A stretch of DNA of 64,000 nt from the human T2T-CHM13v2.0 reference genome, Homo sapiens: NCBI RefSeq assembly GCF_009914755.1, contig NC_060933.1; one strand, 5' to 3'. The notes beneath the pieces were generated by a model that did no database searches, had not been told where the DNA came from, and was given only the letters and a program-made list of their open reading frames with translations. Shown piece by piece: positions 1 to 19,810 of this stretch. Position 1 is the first letter of the stretch. Each line of letters opens with the position of its first letter. A program made the position numbers and the translations under genes.

Positions 1-671
<671 letters not shown>

Positions 672-786
672 TACATGTAACTTTTAAACCAGATATTCCA
701 ATCCTAAAAGTACATCTCACAAACATACTTGGCCCTCAAACTGATGTGTGTACAAATTATGCATCACGGTTTATTGCATGCCTCTC

Positions 787-907
787 AAGATTAGAACTGG
801 CTCCATGAGGGCAGGAAATTCCCTTGCCTTATACATTATATCCCAAGTGGAAAGAATAGTGCCTGGCACATAGCAGGTGATCAATATTTGCTCAACAGAA
901 TGAGTAA
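787..907 (+). mobile_element. L2 3' end
   Basis: CTCCATGAGGGCAGG...GTGCCTGGCACATAGCAGG...AATATTTG. Confidence 0.7.
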
Positions 908-919
908 AATCAATTATTT

Positions 920-1260
920 TAAAGGCTTAAATGCCCACCAATAAGAGAATACTCTGCAACTATAAGTGGAGGGTGGGTGGGAAGAGGAAGCTCTTTATGT
1001 ACTGATAAAGAAAAAGCTCCACTATATACTGTCACAGAAACAAAGCAATGTGTGGAACAGCACAGTGGGCCACCACTGTGGAAAAAAGTGGGGACTGGCG
1101 GAGGTACAGATGTATAGAAACTGATCACACTGTCTCTATAAGTCTAGGGAGAACAACGAAGCAGGACAGGCATCAAAGAAAGCCTTTTCACTGTATGCTT
1201 TTTCCTATTTTTAAATTTTTGAACCATGCGAATATATTACCTATTTAAAAAATAAACTTT
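920..1260 (+). mobile_element. Old L1M (L1ME-type) 3' remnant
   Basis: Ends TTTTGAACCATGCGAATATATTACCTATTTAAAAAATAAA. Confidence 0.5.
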
Positions 1261-1562
1261 AGAAAAGAGTGGTCTTACTCTAAATTACAGTGGTTATAAT
1301 ATGAAGCAGATTGTTAAAGATACTTGAGGTTGCCAAGTTGAAATGCAAGGCAAACACGAGAGTAGTAATTTTTAAATGAGATGTGACCTATACCTAAGAA
1401 TTATTTGTATTCCAAAACAAAAAGTAAAAATTAAGTAGAAATTTACTCTAATAATTTATATTATTCTGTGAAGTCAATATAGTTGTTTGAATAACAGGCA
1501 TCATTTAGAGGGAGAAACTGAATTTGAAAAAACAATAGTTAATGATCAGTACTGGTTCTTAA

Positions 1563-1911
<349 letters not shown>

Positions 1912-2524
1912 TCTGAATGGAGTTTTTATACACCACAAACCTAATCCAGTTCTTTGCAACTCTTTTTGTATCCATGAGAACCTATAGATTTTTACTTCCT
2001 AAAAAAGCACTTGTTTCAAAATGGCAAAACAATTCATTTAAATGTTAAGCTTCCTATATGAGGCTACAGGCACTTAATATTAAGGATAGACTCTGCGTGT
2101 ATATTCACAGTTGTGTAAACAAGTTTATAGATAAATCTTTCATTCAAATTAGGCTTTTATCAAAATTAAGTTGTAAAAGGATGTTTTGGTAAGGGAGATG
2201 CCAAGAATGTAAAGAGTGGGTAGAAAAGTAAAATACTGAGAAAGTACATTAAAAAATATCTAGGGAAGTCAAATGATCTCAATGGGAAAGCTGACATTAA
2301 ACAGTGATAATCCAAACAAGAAGAGACCTCAATTCAGTTTAGAAAGAGCTTAGCCATTCAGCTCCTTTTCTGAAAGATAACTGCCTATTATTAAAATAGT
2401 AATGACAGACTCATATAGCATAGTCTAGATTATCATATTAGATTCATTTATACCAATTTTCCTTCTATTATTTGTGGAAAATATATAACTTACAGACGCA
2501 ATAGTAAGAAACACTTAAAATCGT

Positions 2525-2823
2525 AGCTGGGCGCAGTGGCTCACACCTGTAATCCCAGCACTTTGGGAGGCCAAGGCAGGCGGATCATGAGGTCAGGAGA
2601 TTGAGACCATCCTGGCTAACAAGGTGAAACCCCTTCTCTACTAAAAATACAAAACATTAGCCGGGCGTGGTGGCAGGCGCCTGTAGTCCCAGCTACTTGG
2701 GAGGCTGAGGGAGGAGAATGGCGTGGACCCGGGAGGTGGAGCTTGCGTGAGCCCAGATAGCACCACTGCACTCCAGCACGGGCGACAGAGCGAGACTCCT
2801 CAAAAAAAAAAAAAAAAAAAAAA
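2525..2823 (+). mobile_element. AluY-like
   Basis: Alu consensus, long A tail. Confidence 0.95.
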
Positions 2824-3933
2824 GAATGGGAACATAAGTATAATATAAAATGGATAATCATCCATCCTTTAGTTTTGCCATGGCAACCAGGGTTGGTAAT
2901 CTTTGAAAGCTGTTTTCTGACTTCCTAGTTCTAAAACAGAGAAGGCAGTTTTCTACCACCAGAGAAGCCAAAGGTCAGACTCTTCCTTTTTCCCTCTTAG
3001 CTATTCCTATGCAGATAAACATTTGAGGAGGCAAATAGGATATGATGAGTGGCTGCTTAACAAGGCCACTTGGGCTGCAGTGGCAGGCGGCCAGCCCTTT
3101 CCAGCCCTTTCCTTCACGCTTGCTCCTGGCACTGCAGCTGAGCAAGGCAGGACCAGGGAGAGAATTCATGTGTCAATCTTACTATCAAAGATGCCCCTCC
3201 CCAACCAACATCAGACCAGTCATACAATGTATTTGGTTTTGTCTCAACATATCTTACAATTAAAATATCTTCTCATTAACTCTTGGTTCTTTATGAAGAT
3301 GATGCAAGTGAGCCTAAATATAAGTAAATCAACTCAAGAGGAAAAATCTACATAGCTTGGTCAGTTATAGTTACTGGGTATCTCACCTAAAATTAGTCCC
3401 ACATCATTGGTTGTAAAATGTTACCCTCCATCTAGGAAACAAATCATTTTCACCTGAGCTCAAAGCTTTCTAAGGACAACATTCTAAAAACCGAAGAAGA
3501 AAAGTCAGATCAGACAAATTTATAGAAGGAGCAAGGTTGAAAAAAAAAAAAAAAAAGAAGAGGCGCAGACAAATCAATACTACTAGCTGACAGGCTGAGC
3601 TAGGTGCTGGCAAGGAGGACAAAAATCAACAAAATATGGTCCTTACCTTTAAGCAGTTTTCAACTTAGGAAGGGAAACAAAACCTACATGTCAGCTAATA
3701 ACCCTAAAGTAACTTGTCAAGATGGTTTACTTCAGACTGTAAGTGCAAAGGCAATTCAGTGAGTCTATTAAAGACACAGGAAAAGTCTTAAGAGGTAGGT
3801 CTTAAAAGAGGAGGAAGAAGAATGATATAGCAGCCAATGCTAATTCTTAGGCAGGAGTCTGTGAAGCCTAAGAAATTTTACAAAAAGGTTTGTAGGCATA
3901 AATGTACCATTTTTCTGTAGAGGATGTTGGTTG

Positions 3934-4221
3934 TTTTGGGTTCTTTGACACTGAGTCTCACTCTGTAGCCCCACGATGCAGTGCAGTGGCGCAATCACAG
4001 CTCACTGCAGCCTCAACCTCCTGGGCTCAGTCTTCCAGCCTCAGCCTCTCGAGTAGCTGGGACTACAAGTGTGTGCTACCAGGCTCAGCTAATTTTTTAT
4101 TTTTTGCAGAGACAGGGTCTATGTTGCCCAGGCTGGTCTCCCAACTTCTGGGCTCAAGAGATCCTCCCATCTCAGTTTCCCGAAGTGCTGGGATTACAGG
4201 AGTGAGCCACCATGTCCAGCC
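3934..4221 (-). mobile_element. AluJ-like
   Basis: Diverged Alu consensus. Confidence 0.9.
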
Positions 4222-4291
4222 AAGGGTGTTGCTTTTTATCAGACCTTCAAAGTAGTCCAAGATTCTCAAAAGGTAGATCCGATACTCTAAA

Positions 4292-4515
4292 TAAGCTTGT
4301 CCAACCCGTGACCCATGGGCTGCATGCAGCCCAGGAAGGCTTTGAATGCAGCCCAACACAAATTCATAAACTTTCTTAAAACATTAAGAGACTTTTTTTG
4401 TGATTTTTTTTAAGCTCATCAGCAATCGTTAGTGTTAGTGTATTTTATGTGTGCCCCAAGACAATTCTTCTTCTTCCAATGTGGCCCAGGGAAGCCAAAA
4501 GATTGGACAACCCTG
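4292..4515 (-). mobile_element. MER30 (hAT-Charlie MITE)
   Basis: Ends AAGCTTGTCCAA ... AAAAGATTGGACAACCCTG; internal GTTAGTGTTAGTGTATTTTATGTG. Confidence 0.85.
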
Positions 4516-5097
4516 TTCTAAAATATTCAAGATTCCTCCCTCCACACCTTATCCCAATACACACTTACAAGCAGAAGAGTTTCAGTACATTCAGTGTTTT
4601 TGTCTACAATAGCAAAGCTTCACGGTGCTGAACAAAAGACCTAGATAGGTTAGCACACTCAGGCATTTACTTATACAAAGCTAAAAAGGGAGTGGGATGA
4701 CAATGGTATTTCTACCTGAAAGAAAGAATCTCCTCTTACCCAGCTGAATAGGTGAGAGACTTGACATCTTCCCCTGCTCGGGAAGAGATGTCCTCTCTCC
4801 TCCTCTCACTACCTTAGAGAGCTAGGGGCCTAGAGAAGGGCAAACAATACATGGGGCAAAATATTTTACAACATGGACATGAGAGCTTAGGAACTATTAT
4901 CAGAGATTTCTCTCAGCCTTGAGTACTGCTAAACACACATTTATATTAAGTGCTCTCTACTCTCACAAACTAGAAGAAGAGGTTAAAATAAGCCACAGGG
5001 GCCACCTCATATTATCATACTTCAAATCTATGCAGAATAGAGCTATGCATGAAAAGCAATGAGGGCGGGGTGGGAGGGGACTATTGAATTCAAATAA

Positions 5098-5211
5098 ACA
5101 AGAAGTGATTTATTGAAATAGAACACAAAAATTATATTCTAGCTAATTCTAACATCACAAGAAGTGATTTTTAAAATACAAAAATTATATTCAAGCTAAT
5201 TCTAACATCAC
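5098..5211. repeat. Imperfect two-copy tandem duplication (~55-59 bp)
   Basis: ACAAGAAGTGATTT...CAAAAATTATATTC.AGCTAATTCTAACATCAC at 5098 and 5157. Confidence 0.85.
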
Positions 5212-5274
5212 TGGCAGGAAAAACACTTTACTTGCTAATAGTATATGTAGACCTAGATGTGAGATGTGAAAAAG

Positions 5275-5490
5275 AAAAAGATTTTGCAGTAAGACAGGCT
5301 TGAGTTTTAATCCTTGTCCTTCTATTCGTTAGCTGTGAAACCTTAGATCTTGAACAAGTGACCCTCATTTTTTTTTCCTTACCTTCAAAGAGGTGTGACA
5401 CCTATGATACAAGGTTGTTGCGAAGCTTATATGACGTATGTAAAGAACACAGCACTGTGGCACAGAAAATGGTTAATAAGTGGTTATTCC
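5275..5490 (+). mobile_element. MIR
   Basis: TTAGCTGTGAAACCTT...AAGGTTGTTGCGAAG...GTATGTAAAG. Confidence 0.6.
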
Positions 5491-5506
5491 TATATCAATC
5501 GAAAAT

Positions 5507-5795
5507 AGCCAGGCATGGTAGCTCAAGTCTGTAATCCCAGCACTTCGGGAGGCTGAGGTGGGAGGATCACTAGAGGTCAGGAGTTAAAGACTAGCCTGAC
5601 CAACATGGCAAAACCCCGTCTCTACTAAAAACACAAAAATTAGCCGGGCATGGTGGCACACACCTTTAGTCCCAGCTACTAGAGAAATCGCTTGAACCTG
5701 GGAGGTGGAGGTTGTAGTGAGCCGAGATTATATCACTGTACTCCAGCCTGGGCAGCACAGTGAGACTCTGTCTCAAAAAAAAAAAAAAAAAAAAA
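5507..5795 (+). mobile_element. AluS
   Basis: Alu consensus. Confidence 0.95.
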
Positions 5796-5919
5796 CTTAT
5801 CAATAGAAAATGCTAACAGTACCAATCTCCTTTCTCCAAATCACCACAAATTTGTCTGGCATAATTTGTAACTGAGAACATTTTATTGGTATCCATTGAT
5901 ATCTATATACTATTTATTA

Positions 5920-6243
<324 letters not shown>

Positions 6244-6244
6244 T

Positions 6245-6549
<305 letters not shown>

Positions 6550-6835
6550 GTTACTGACATGGAAAAGTTACCAAAATATACTGTTAAGTGGAAAAAAAAA
6601 GCAAGTTGCAGAATAAATAAATAAGGCCCTGTTATCTAAACATAGAGACTAGAAATACATACAAACTGCTCACAGTAATTATCCTTGAAAAGGACAATGG
6701 AACTGAGGACACATTGATCTATTTTGTATTGTTTGCATCTTCTACAATATTAAGCACTATTTGCTTAATTAAAAACCAATAACAAAAGGAAAAAACCACT
6801 AGTAAAATGAAAATTATTCACACAAGGCACTTACA

Positions 6836-6883
6836 TAATCTCAGATACTTTGGGAGGCTGAGCTGGGTGGATCACGAGGTCAG
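6836..6883 (+). mobile_element. Isolated 48-bp internal Alu fragment
   Basis: TAATCTCAGATACTTTGGGAGGCTGAGCTGGGTGGATCACGAGGTCAG. Confidence 0.75.
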
Positions 6884-7256
6884 CTTTAACCTTCCTATGC
6901 AACACTTTTATTCCCCCCAAATGCCTCATGGTCTGACAGTCTTGAAAACTCCATGGGCAGACACATTTTTACTCCACCTGCCTGCCAATCTAATACACTC
7001 AAGGCTAAGTTGAGCATGGCTCCTTTAACCCCAATAGTGACTATGGAGTGGGAGAGTCGGGTCCTGGGAGGAAAGAGGGTGTTAGAAGAAAAGATGAGAA
7101 AGAAAAAGCTCAATGGAAAAGAACATACCTTTTTCTATTTTGTAATGTACTAAGGTTACAAAAAGGCCTTTGTCCATCCCAGCAGACACTTATTGTGACC
7201 TTAGCTATTTATATGCAACAAAAACTCTCCAAGAATGTCAGCTAAGTGAAAGATAA

Positions 7257-7605
<349 letters not shown>

Positions 7606-8486
7606 CCAAATCTTTTAAAATACTGATTATAATATAATATCACCTAGGATGGATTTCACCAAACACCACAAAGGTCTAAGATGCGTTCATATACATACTC
7701 CTCAATTAAAAACAACAACAACTTGTGCACCTCTTTCAAAAAGGCTTGCTTTGGGAAGTTAACACTATTGCTCTATGACACCTCAAGTCCATCTAAATTA
7801 GCCTGGGAATTGACCTTCTGTTCAAAGAAATCACAGCTATTTAAGGAATGACAACTTCTAAGAAAGATTATTTTCTAGTATATTAAGGCATTTGTACTTC
7901 CAAACTGATTTACAGTGAACATCAGATTATAAACCTATTTATTATCACTGAATATTAGCCTACTCTTAGACACTAATGATAATTCTTTCTGAATACATCA
8001 GTTTAACCTTGTCATTCCCCTACATAGGAACCATCAATAGCTTCCTCCTACTTATAAGGGGGGGAGGGGGAGAGTCAAATCTGTCCATCAGGCATTCCAA
8101 TCTTCCTAATCTCATCACTACCAACTCTTGCCAAAGCCTTAGCTCAAACCGGCTGTCAACTTCCTGTTCTTTGAACTCACCGTAATCTGACTGAATGTTC
8201 TCATACTGTTAGACCCATCTTTAAAACTCTACCTCAATTCTGCCATCCCTCAATATCCAACTCAAGCCTCAAAAAAGCTAGATGGTATCATCTCCCCTAT
8301 GAACTTTTAGCAATGACTACTATTGGAGCTTGGGGGTTCATTAAATAAAATCCCTTCCCTCCATCCACCTACCCACTCATTTCTGGAAAAAGGGAGAAAT
8401 ATGACCAAAAAAGTCAGATAGTGACCAAACTGTCAGCTTAATTATAAAGCTCATATTTTAAAAATACATTAAAAATTAAAGACACC

Positions 8487-8800
<314 letters not shown>

Positions 8801-10287
8801 TCACCCAATAACAGTAGCAGTTGGAAAACTATAGGCCTACCCACATAGAGATCTGTTTCTGGAAAATTTGCAGCTTCCAAGAATAGGCTACAAGTGGCTG
8901 GCTCCTAAGCCCTGCCTAGTTGCTCACCCAAATTCTTCAATGAGATTAGTAAGTCCTCCTCTGGGCGCAAAGAGAAGCCAAGGGAATTACACAGTGATGT
9001 CCCTCCACATGGAAATGTGAACCTAGAAGAAAAGAGGTGTCCATCCCCCAATTACGGCTTTGTTTCAAACACAGGCTTATGCCACTTCTATGGATGCCTT
9101 AAAACGTTATTTTTAAGTATCATACTGTTTTTAATATGTTTGTTATCTCCACATAGATTAAGCTCCTAGAGAGTGAAATATTAAATGGATTGTCCGCAGG
9201 CATAGTGATGGCAAGACCTGGAGTGGGGACAGCAACACTGTGAGCCAGATAATAAAATCTCTGATGAATTGAGGGGTGCAGGATGAGAGAAATGTCTGTG
9301 CCTAGAGCTTTAATAGAAGACAGCAAAAAGGGGTTATAGGGAAAAATAGCATAAACCTCAAAGACCGATTTTCACACGAAGATATTAAAGCAATGGCTGA
9401 AAGTTGCAAGAGTGAGAAAAATATCAATGCTATATATTTACATTAAAAAGGAAAAACAAAGCAATTCTATCTTTATATTATTTATATGCACAATACAACA
9501 ACCACTCAGTTGTTGGGACACAGAAGACTCAAATGACAAAATGACAATTAGGAATCACTACAAATAGATAAAGACTTAACTAACATTCAATGCTGGAAAA
9601 TTATTTCAAGCCATCAAACCATATAGACCAGAAAGCAACAAAAAGAATGTAATTAAAATGCAAAAAAGAAATGAACTTAAACGCTGAAAGGCAGGCATAA
9701 CCACTGAACTGAAAAAAAATAGGATGGTAAACAGACTCATCCATCTGGTTTCCATGACTAATGGGAACAGAGGTGCTCAGGGAGAGCGAGTGGAGAGAAA
9801 ACAGGAGGTTACGGATAAGAACATGGTGAATATACACAGAAGATAGGTGTTGCAAATTGAAATGTACAGAGACAAAATTAACTACAGTCAACTTTTGGCT
9901 AATGAATGAGTGAAGTCACTCGACAGAACCAAGCAGGCTGGAGCCAGCATGTTCCCCTCCCAGAAGAGCAGCTCTAATGATCACTGCCACAGGAAAATGG
10001 ACACCGAAGTGAAGCCAGGTCATCTTTTCCCCAAAAAAGCCACACATTCAGATTTTAAATATTTTTATTGTTAGCAACTACAATAATGTTTTCAAAACAC
10101 TCTGAGGGCCAATAAAACATCTGCAAACAAGATTTGACAGTCAGCTAGCCATTCTTGATTTAGGACATGGACAAAGAAAAAGCCACAAAAGCACCTGAAA
10201 AGAAGTAATTTTAAAAAAGGACGGTGAAAGATCAGGATAGAACAGTTCACTGAAACCAAAGGCAAAGGGTTTCAAGAAAAAAAAATG

Positions 10288-10465
10288 AGGGTTGCAGGTT
10301 GGGGGGAAGGGAGAGCATCAGGAAGAATAGCTAATGGATGCTGGGCTTAATACCAAGGTGATAGGTTAATCTGTGCTGCAAACCACCATGTCACACGTTT
10401 ACCTATGTAACAAACCTGCATTTCCTGCACTTGTACCCTGGAACTTAAAAGCTGAAGAAAAATAA
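10288..10465 (+). mobile_element. 5'-truncated L1 3' end (old L1PA/L1PB)
   Basis: GCATCAGGAAGAATAGCTAATGGATGCTGGGCTTAATACC...TTTACCTATGTAACAAACCTGCA...GAACTTAAAA. Confidence 0.85.
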
Positions 10466-10497
10466 GAGTGATTAACAGGAAGTTCAATTAAAAATCA

Positions 10498-10851
<354 letters not shown>

Positions 10852-12475
10852 TTAGTAACCTGAAAATTTAAAATAGTTTCATACTGCAGCTTTAAGAGCC
10901 ATTCTCTTTTTTTTTTTTTTTTTTTGAGACCTATCAGTGATCGCCAGAGATTTCTGGTTAATCCACTATCCCTCAGACCCAAACAAATCCTGCATAAACT
11001 ACAAAGGTTCAAATCTCCTGGACTATGCTAGGGGACCCAGAACACCTGGAGCCCCACTGGGGTTCAGCATCCACAAGGGTGACACTTCACCGTCTTTTGC
11101 GATGGGACAGTCTGTTGTGACATGATGCTTCCATTCTAGAATGACAGAGAAGGTACGCACTTACAGACAACCTATCAGCAATAAATAGCAAGTACTGGAA
11201 CCAAAGAACAGAAAAAAATCCAGGTAGAATGAAGTTGATCATGAAATGCTTTCTGGGAAAATTTGAACGTAGCAGAGAAGTTGAACATGGTAAGGATAAA
11301 GACAAGAGTCATACAAAGTAGATTTTGTGGCCAGGTGCCCCCAATTTTGAGACATATGATTTCATGTTTTTCTTTTCAATAATGGTTATTTAACTGCATA
11401 ATTACTTATTTGTTGCATTCTTTTTCATATTAATAATTTTACAACTAAATTCCTTCATCAGACCTTCTACACAATTTGAGTTTGGATAACTGGTCACCAT
11501 ATGTATGAAAGCAATGGAACCCATACGGGTATAGAGATGCTTATGAATAAATTGGAGTTGGGATGAGAGAGAGTGAAACAGTCCATGCTAAGACAGGGGA
11601 ATCAAACCACAAGCCAGAACCACTGGAGGATGGTGAAGGGTAGAGAGAACTAGCTGGTAAAAGACTCCTCTAAAGTAAGGAGGCATGCAGCTCTCTGAAA
11701 AGCCAGCCGACAACTCCTTACTCCAGTTTTTCAATCTACTACTTCAGATTGCCAGCTGATATCAAGGAGTGTCACAAGACACCGTAAGGTGTCACAAAAC
11801 ACCACAGCTTTAACATGTCACCTGAAATGACAGCCTAGGGAAAAATGTATTCAGATTCTTCTCCCTTTCAACTATCAGGCTCAAACGATTCCCCCTGATG
11901 TGGAACTTCAGAGCCGTTGCCACACAGTGTAGCACTTAGTCCCTGAGTTGTTTTATTCTCCCACGTGCATTCTGCTTGAATCCAGTCCTTGTCTTCCATC
12001 TTTCCCGCCTCTTAAACAAAGTTTTGGCTCTTACACAGGGAAGTCCACCAAGCTTTGTGATGTGCTACAAACTCTCAGGCTGTTCTGTGTGGTCCATGAG
12101 CACACCTGAACCTCTGATCATGTCAGGCAGTTTCCCAGTGACTTAGCCCTGCCCAAGCGTTAACTATGCCAGCAGCCTCTGCTAAGAATTCTGGCCCCTC
12201 AAGTACAAACTCTGGGAATGTTACACTGATTTGTATCACAAAAAGGGTTAGTTTCTGTTCCTGGAGTTTGAAGGAAACCAGTTAATATGAAGCACTCATA
12301 TAAACAGCAAGGCTTCTCCCAACAATCTGTAAGAGTTGAGGACAACAGAAATTCAGTACAACAGTTTACATGAAATGCTTTTTTCTCCCCTGTGTTTCCT
12401 GCACAAGAAAATTTGGGACAAGGGAATGGTTTGGAAACAACTGTTTCTTTCTTTCTTTTATTAAAGTACAAATTA

Positions 12476-13131
<656 letters not shown>

Positions 13132-13239
13132 TTAAATCTGATTAAGTGCTTGTGATTAAGTGTGGCCAAAAATTTTGAGTAAGGAGTCTCATCACTGTGA
13201 CCTAATAGCCCAATTTTAGATGACTCCTCCTGTATTTAC

Positions 13240-13400
13240 ACAGACCTCTGCATACACCTATCACAATACATCACACTGTTTTGCTTCTCCTTCTAGACCA
13301 AAAGTTGCTTGAGAGCAGAAGCCATGACTTACATGAATTGATTAAAAGCCTAGGACAGTGCTGGGCACACAGTAGGTATTAAACAGTCCTGAATGGAAAG
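13240..13400 (+). mobile_element. L2 3' end
   Basis: CTTGAGAGCAGAAGCCATG...CAGTGCTGGGCACACAGTAGG. Confidence 0.6.
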
Positions 13401-14064
13401 CCATGATACGAATTCATTTACCGTAAATTCAGGAGACGAATTTCTAACTAAAATTCTGCTATCTCTAAAGGATTCCAAATCAGCAGTAAATAGCTGCACA
13501 CCTCAAGCCCTAAATGTGTAGGCATCTGATAATATATAATACTAGTAAGTGGTCAGTAACAACCAACCTGCTAAAACAGGTACTAAGGAAAGGAATAAGC
13601 CACCGAAGAAGCCTAATGAAAATATGCATTTTAATATAATCTGAACTCTTCAGCTGTCTTAGGATACTTGGTACAGTATTCAAAATAACAACTGAGTACC
13701 TACAGAAATGTAAACATAGGAAGAATGGCCAACTACCATTTGCTTTCTCTCAAACTCAATGACCTTAGGGTCCAGACCAAGAGGAAGCTTGAGATTTTAA
13801 CACTGGGAAGAATTACTAACTGTATTAATAGGACTAAATGAAAATGCATTCAACTGAACTTCATAATTGGGTTTTGTTTTCACTGTGTGCATTAACTACT
13901 CTCATAGGCAACCAAGAGCAGCGGCTTCTACCCCCTAAGTTCTTCTGAACTAGAAGTATAACAGAGGGCAATTCATCACTGTAATATTGAAGCCTACATG
14001 CAGCTCTGCAGTGCTGAAAAGAGCCTTTAAAGCTCATCACATCTACAATTTTACACCAAGCACA

Positions 14065-14170
14065 AAAGGGGAGGTGACTTACCCAAAGGCACACAGAAAC
14101 TTAATGACAGGGTGAGGGCAGAGTGAGGACAGAACTGGTCTTCTTAAGGCCTGGGCCAGCAATCTACCAC
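14065..14170 (-). mobile_element. MIR fragment
   Basis: GTGACTTACCCAAAGGCACACAG. Confidence 0.55.
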
Positions 14171-14479
14171 CCCAAACCAACCATATCCCTGCAGCCACTA
14201 TGTTTGTATTCATTGTGATAAACTATATCTAAGTATTAGGCAAGCACAAATGTAAACATAAATGATCAAATATAGCAGAATCTTCTTAACCAGACTTCTC
14301 AGAGCTGTATGTTCTAGCTGACTTAATCTTCTGGTTACCAGAGATTGATATTGAAAAACGAACCTCACAATTATCATCAGGAAAAAGAAAACAAGGGAAA
14401 CAACAAACAACAAATACTAGTCCTGTCCTTAGACACATGCAGAGAGCTGTTTTCTTTTTGGTAAATCTGTGCTATAAAG

Positions 14480-14630
14480 TAGTGGTGGTATAGTACAAAT
14501 AGTCCAGCCCTATCAATAACTGACTAGTTGTGTGATATTATTCAAGTCAATCTCTCCGCAACTCAGTATTTACACCTTTAAAATGAAGAGGCAGAACTAG
14601 ATAATGTAAAGTGCCTTCCAGCTCTGAAAT
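14480..14630 (+). mobile_element. MIR3-like fragment
   Basis: ACTAGTTGTGTGA...TAAAATGAAGAGG...CCTTCCAGCTCTGAAATTC. Confidence 0.55.
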
Positions 14631-14710
14631 TCAAAGTTCTTCAGAAATTGCCTGCCCCACCCCCAGATAAGTTCTAAATATATTATCTCAGGTTGAAACA
14701 GACCCAAATG

Positions 14711-15037
<327 letters not shown>

Positions 15038-15173
15038 TTAAAACATACAACTGATACCTAGATCTCCTCTACAAATACTTGTAACTCTTATTAATAATGG
15101 CTTTTTGGTAGAATTATTTTTTCTGTATCACCATTTACACAAGAACTACTCAGAGACTTGCCATGGTTTAAAA

Positions 15174-15722
<549 letters not shown>

Positions 15723-16049
15723 TAGACCTTATCTCGTAAACAACAAACACAAAAACATTTGCAGGTCCTACAATTAAGCAGAAGCAGGGGAAGTTGCTCA
15801 ACTGGATGGAAGAAGCTTTGTGGACTTCTCACTCAGGAGTTCCAATATCATGTTTTATTTTTCATAGTTCTGCTATTTGATATAATTTTGGAAGCTCACT
15901 GATTTAAAGGCTGGTCTAGGTCTTTCTCCCCATAAAATACATAGTATTGACAAACATATTCGCTCTGTTCACAGGAACTGCACTATTGAATTCCCTCATG
16001 TATTTATATGCGATCATATACTATCATAAGGCTATCCCTTTCTTTTGTA

Positions 16050-16250
16050 TTTTTTATTGTGGTAGAATATACATAAACTTCACCATTTTAACCATTTTTA
16101 AGCATAAATTCAGTGGCATGAACCTAACTCTTCGAAACCCAATTATAAAGCTTAGTTGTGCAACCATCATCACTCTATTTCCAAAACTTTTTTGTTGCCC
16201 CCAACAAAAACCCTGTACCCAGTAAGCAGTAACTTCCCACTCCCACTTGA
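16050..16250 (-). mobile_element. L1MB-type 3' end
   Basis: TTATTGTGGTAGAATATACATAA...TTTAACCATTTTTAAG...GTGCAACCATCATCACT. Confidence 0.7.
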
Positions 16251-16298
16251 CTTTTTTTTTATATAATTATATTCTCAAAAGGCTTAATAACTTTTAAA

Positions 16299-16324
16299 CT
16301 GTAATATGCTGCCACCAGGTGGCA
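16299..16324 (+). promoter_or_regulatory. Candidate CTCF site with upstream module
   Basis: CTGTAATATGCTGCCACCAGGTGGCA: core CCACCAGGTGGCA with TGTAAT 6 bp upstream. Confidence 0.6.
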
Positions 16325-16620
16325 AGAGAGCAACATGGCTGCCCTAAATTGGGAGGAAAGGCAGGGAACCACTAGTACTTTCTCCCAAGAATTAGAAAAG
16401 TTAAAATTTCACTCACCAAAACCACCTAGGTACATAACTATAAATTTCTACATGTTTTAATTTCCCTCTAAAATCTATAATAACTAAACTCATGCAAACT
16501 GCAAACAAAGAATTTCAGGGAACAATTTTAAAACCAAATAAAAGCTCAAAATATAGAACTTGGTGAGTATTTCCTAACTTAATCATCACTATACCTATTC
16601 AATTCTCAAAATTAACCTAG

Positions 16621-16903
<283 letters not shown>

Positions 16904-17123
16904 TCATCACAAAAGTGAGATAACCAGACAATATGAGTCTCCTAATGACAGAACAGAACTCCCTTATGATGTAGTCTTGCATTCCCCAATTCCAAATAAA
17001 GTATACTTAAATACGACTGAACCTCTAATTCTAGCAACCAATGCAGTGCAAAGAGAAAACACAGAGGACTGTGTTAATACGCACCTTGGGAATGCAATCA
17101 GCAAAGTTCAAACTAAAAAGTTA

Positions 17124-17470
<347 letters not shown>

Positions 17471-17479
17471 TTGTAGTAG

Positions 17480-17788
<309 letters not shown>

Positions 17789-17922
17789 TGCAGTATTTTT
17801 TTAATGATAAAAGGGAAAGGCAATATATAGTAAAGATTTGAGAAGCACTGTGAATCACTTACAAAGTATTAGTTGATGTGGATCCTAATTCGAGCAAACT
17901 TTTTTTAAAAAAAAACTTTTTA

Positions 17923-18222
<300 letters not shown>

Positions 18223-18229
18223 CTTTAAA

Positions 18230-19810
<1,581 letters not shown>

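Noticed and set aside
4569-4715. Possible 147-nt cryptic minus-strand exon (TTTCAG acceptor at 4716, CTT|GTAAGT donor at 4568)
   Set aside because: Short pyrimidine tract and weak exonic donor bases; such pairs are expected by chance in 54 kb
11327-11500. hAT-Blackjack-like MITE (GTGGCCAG ... CTGGTCAC ends)
   Set aside because: Only short imperfect terminal repeats; family could not be confirmed by eye
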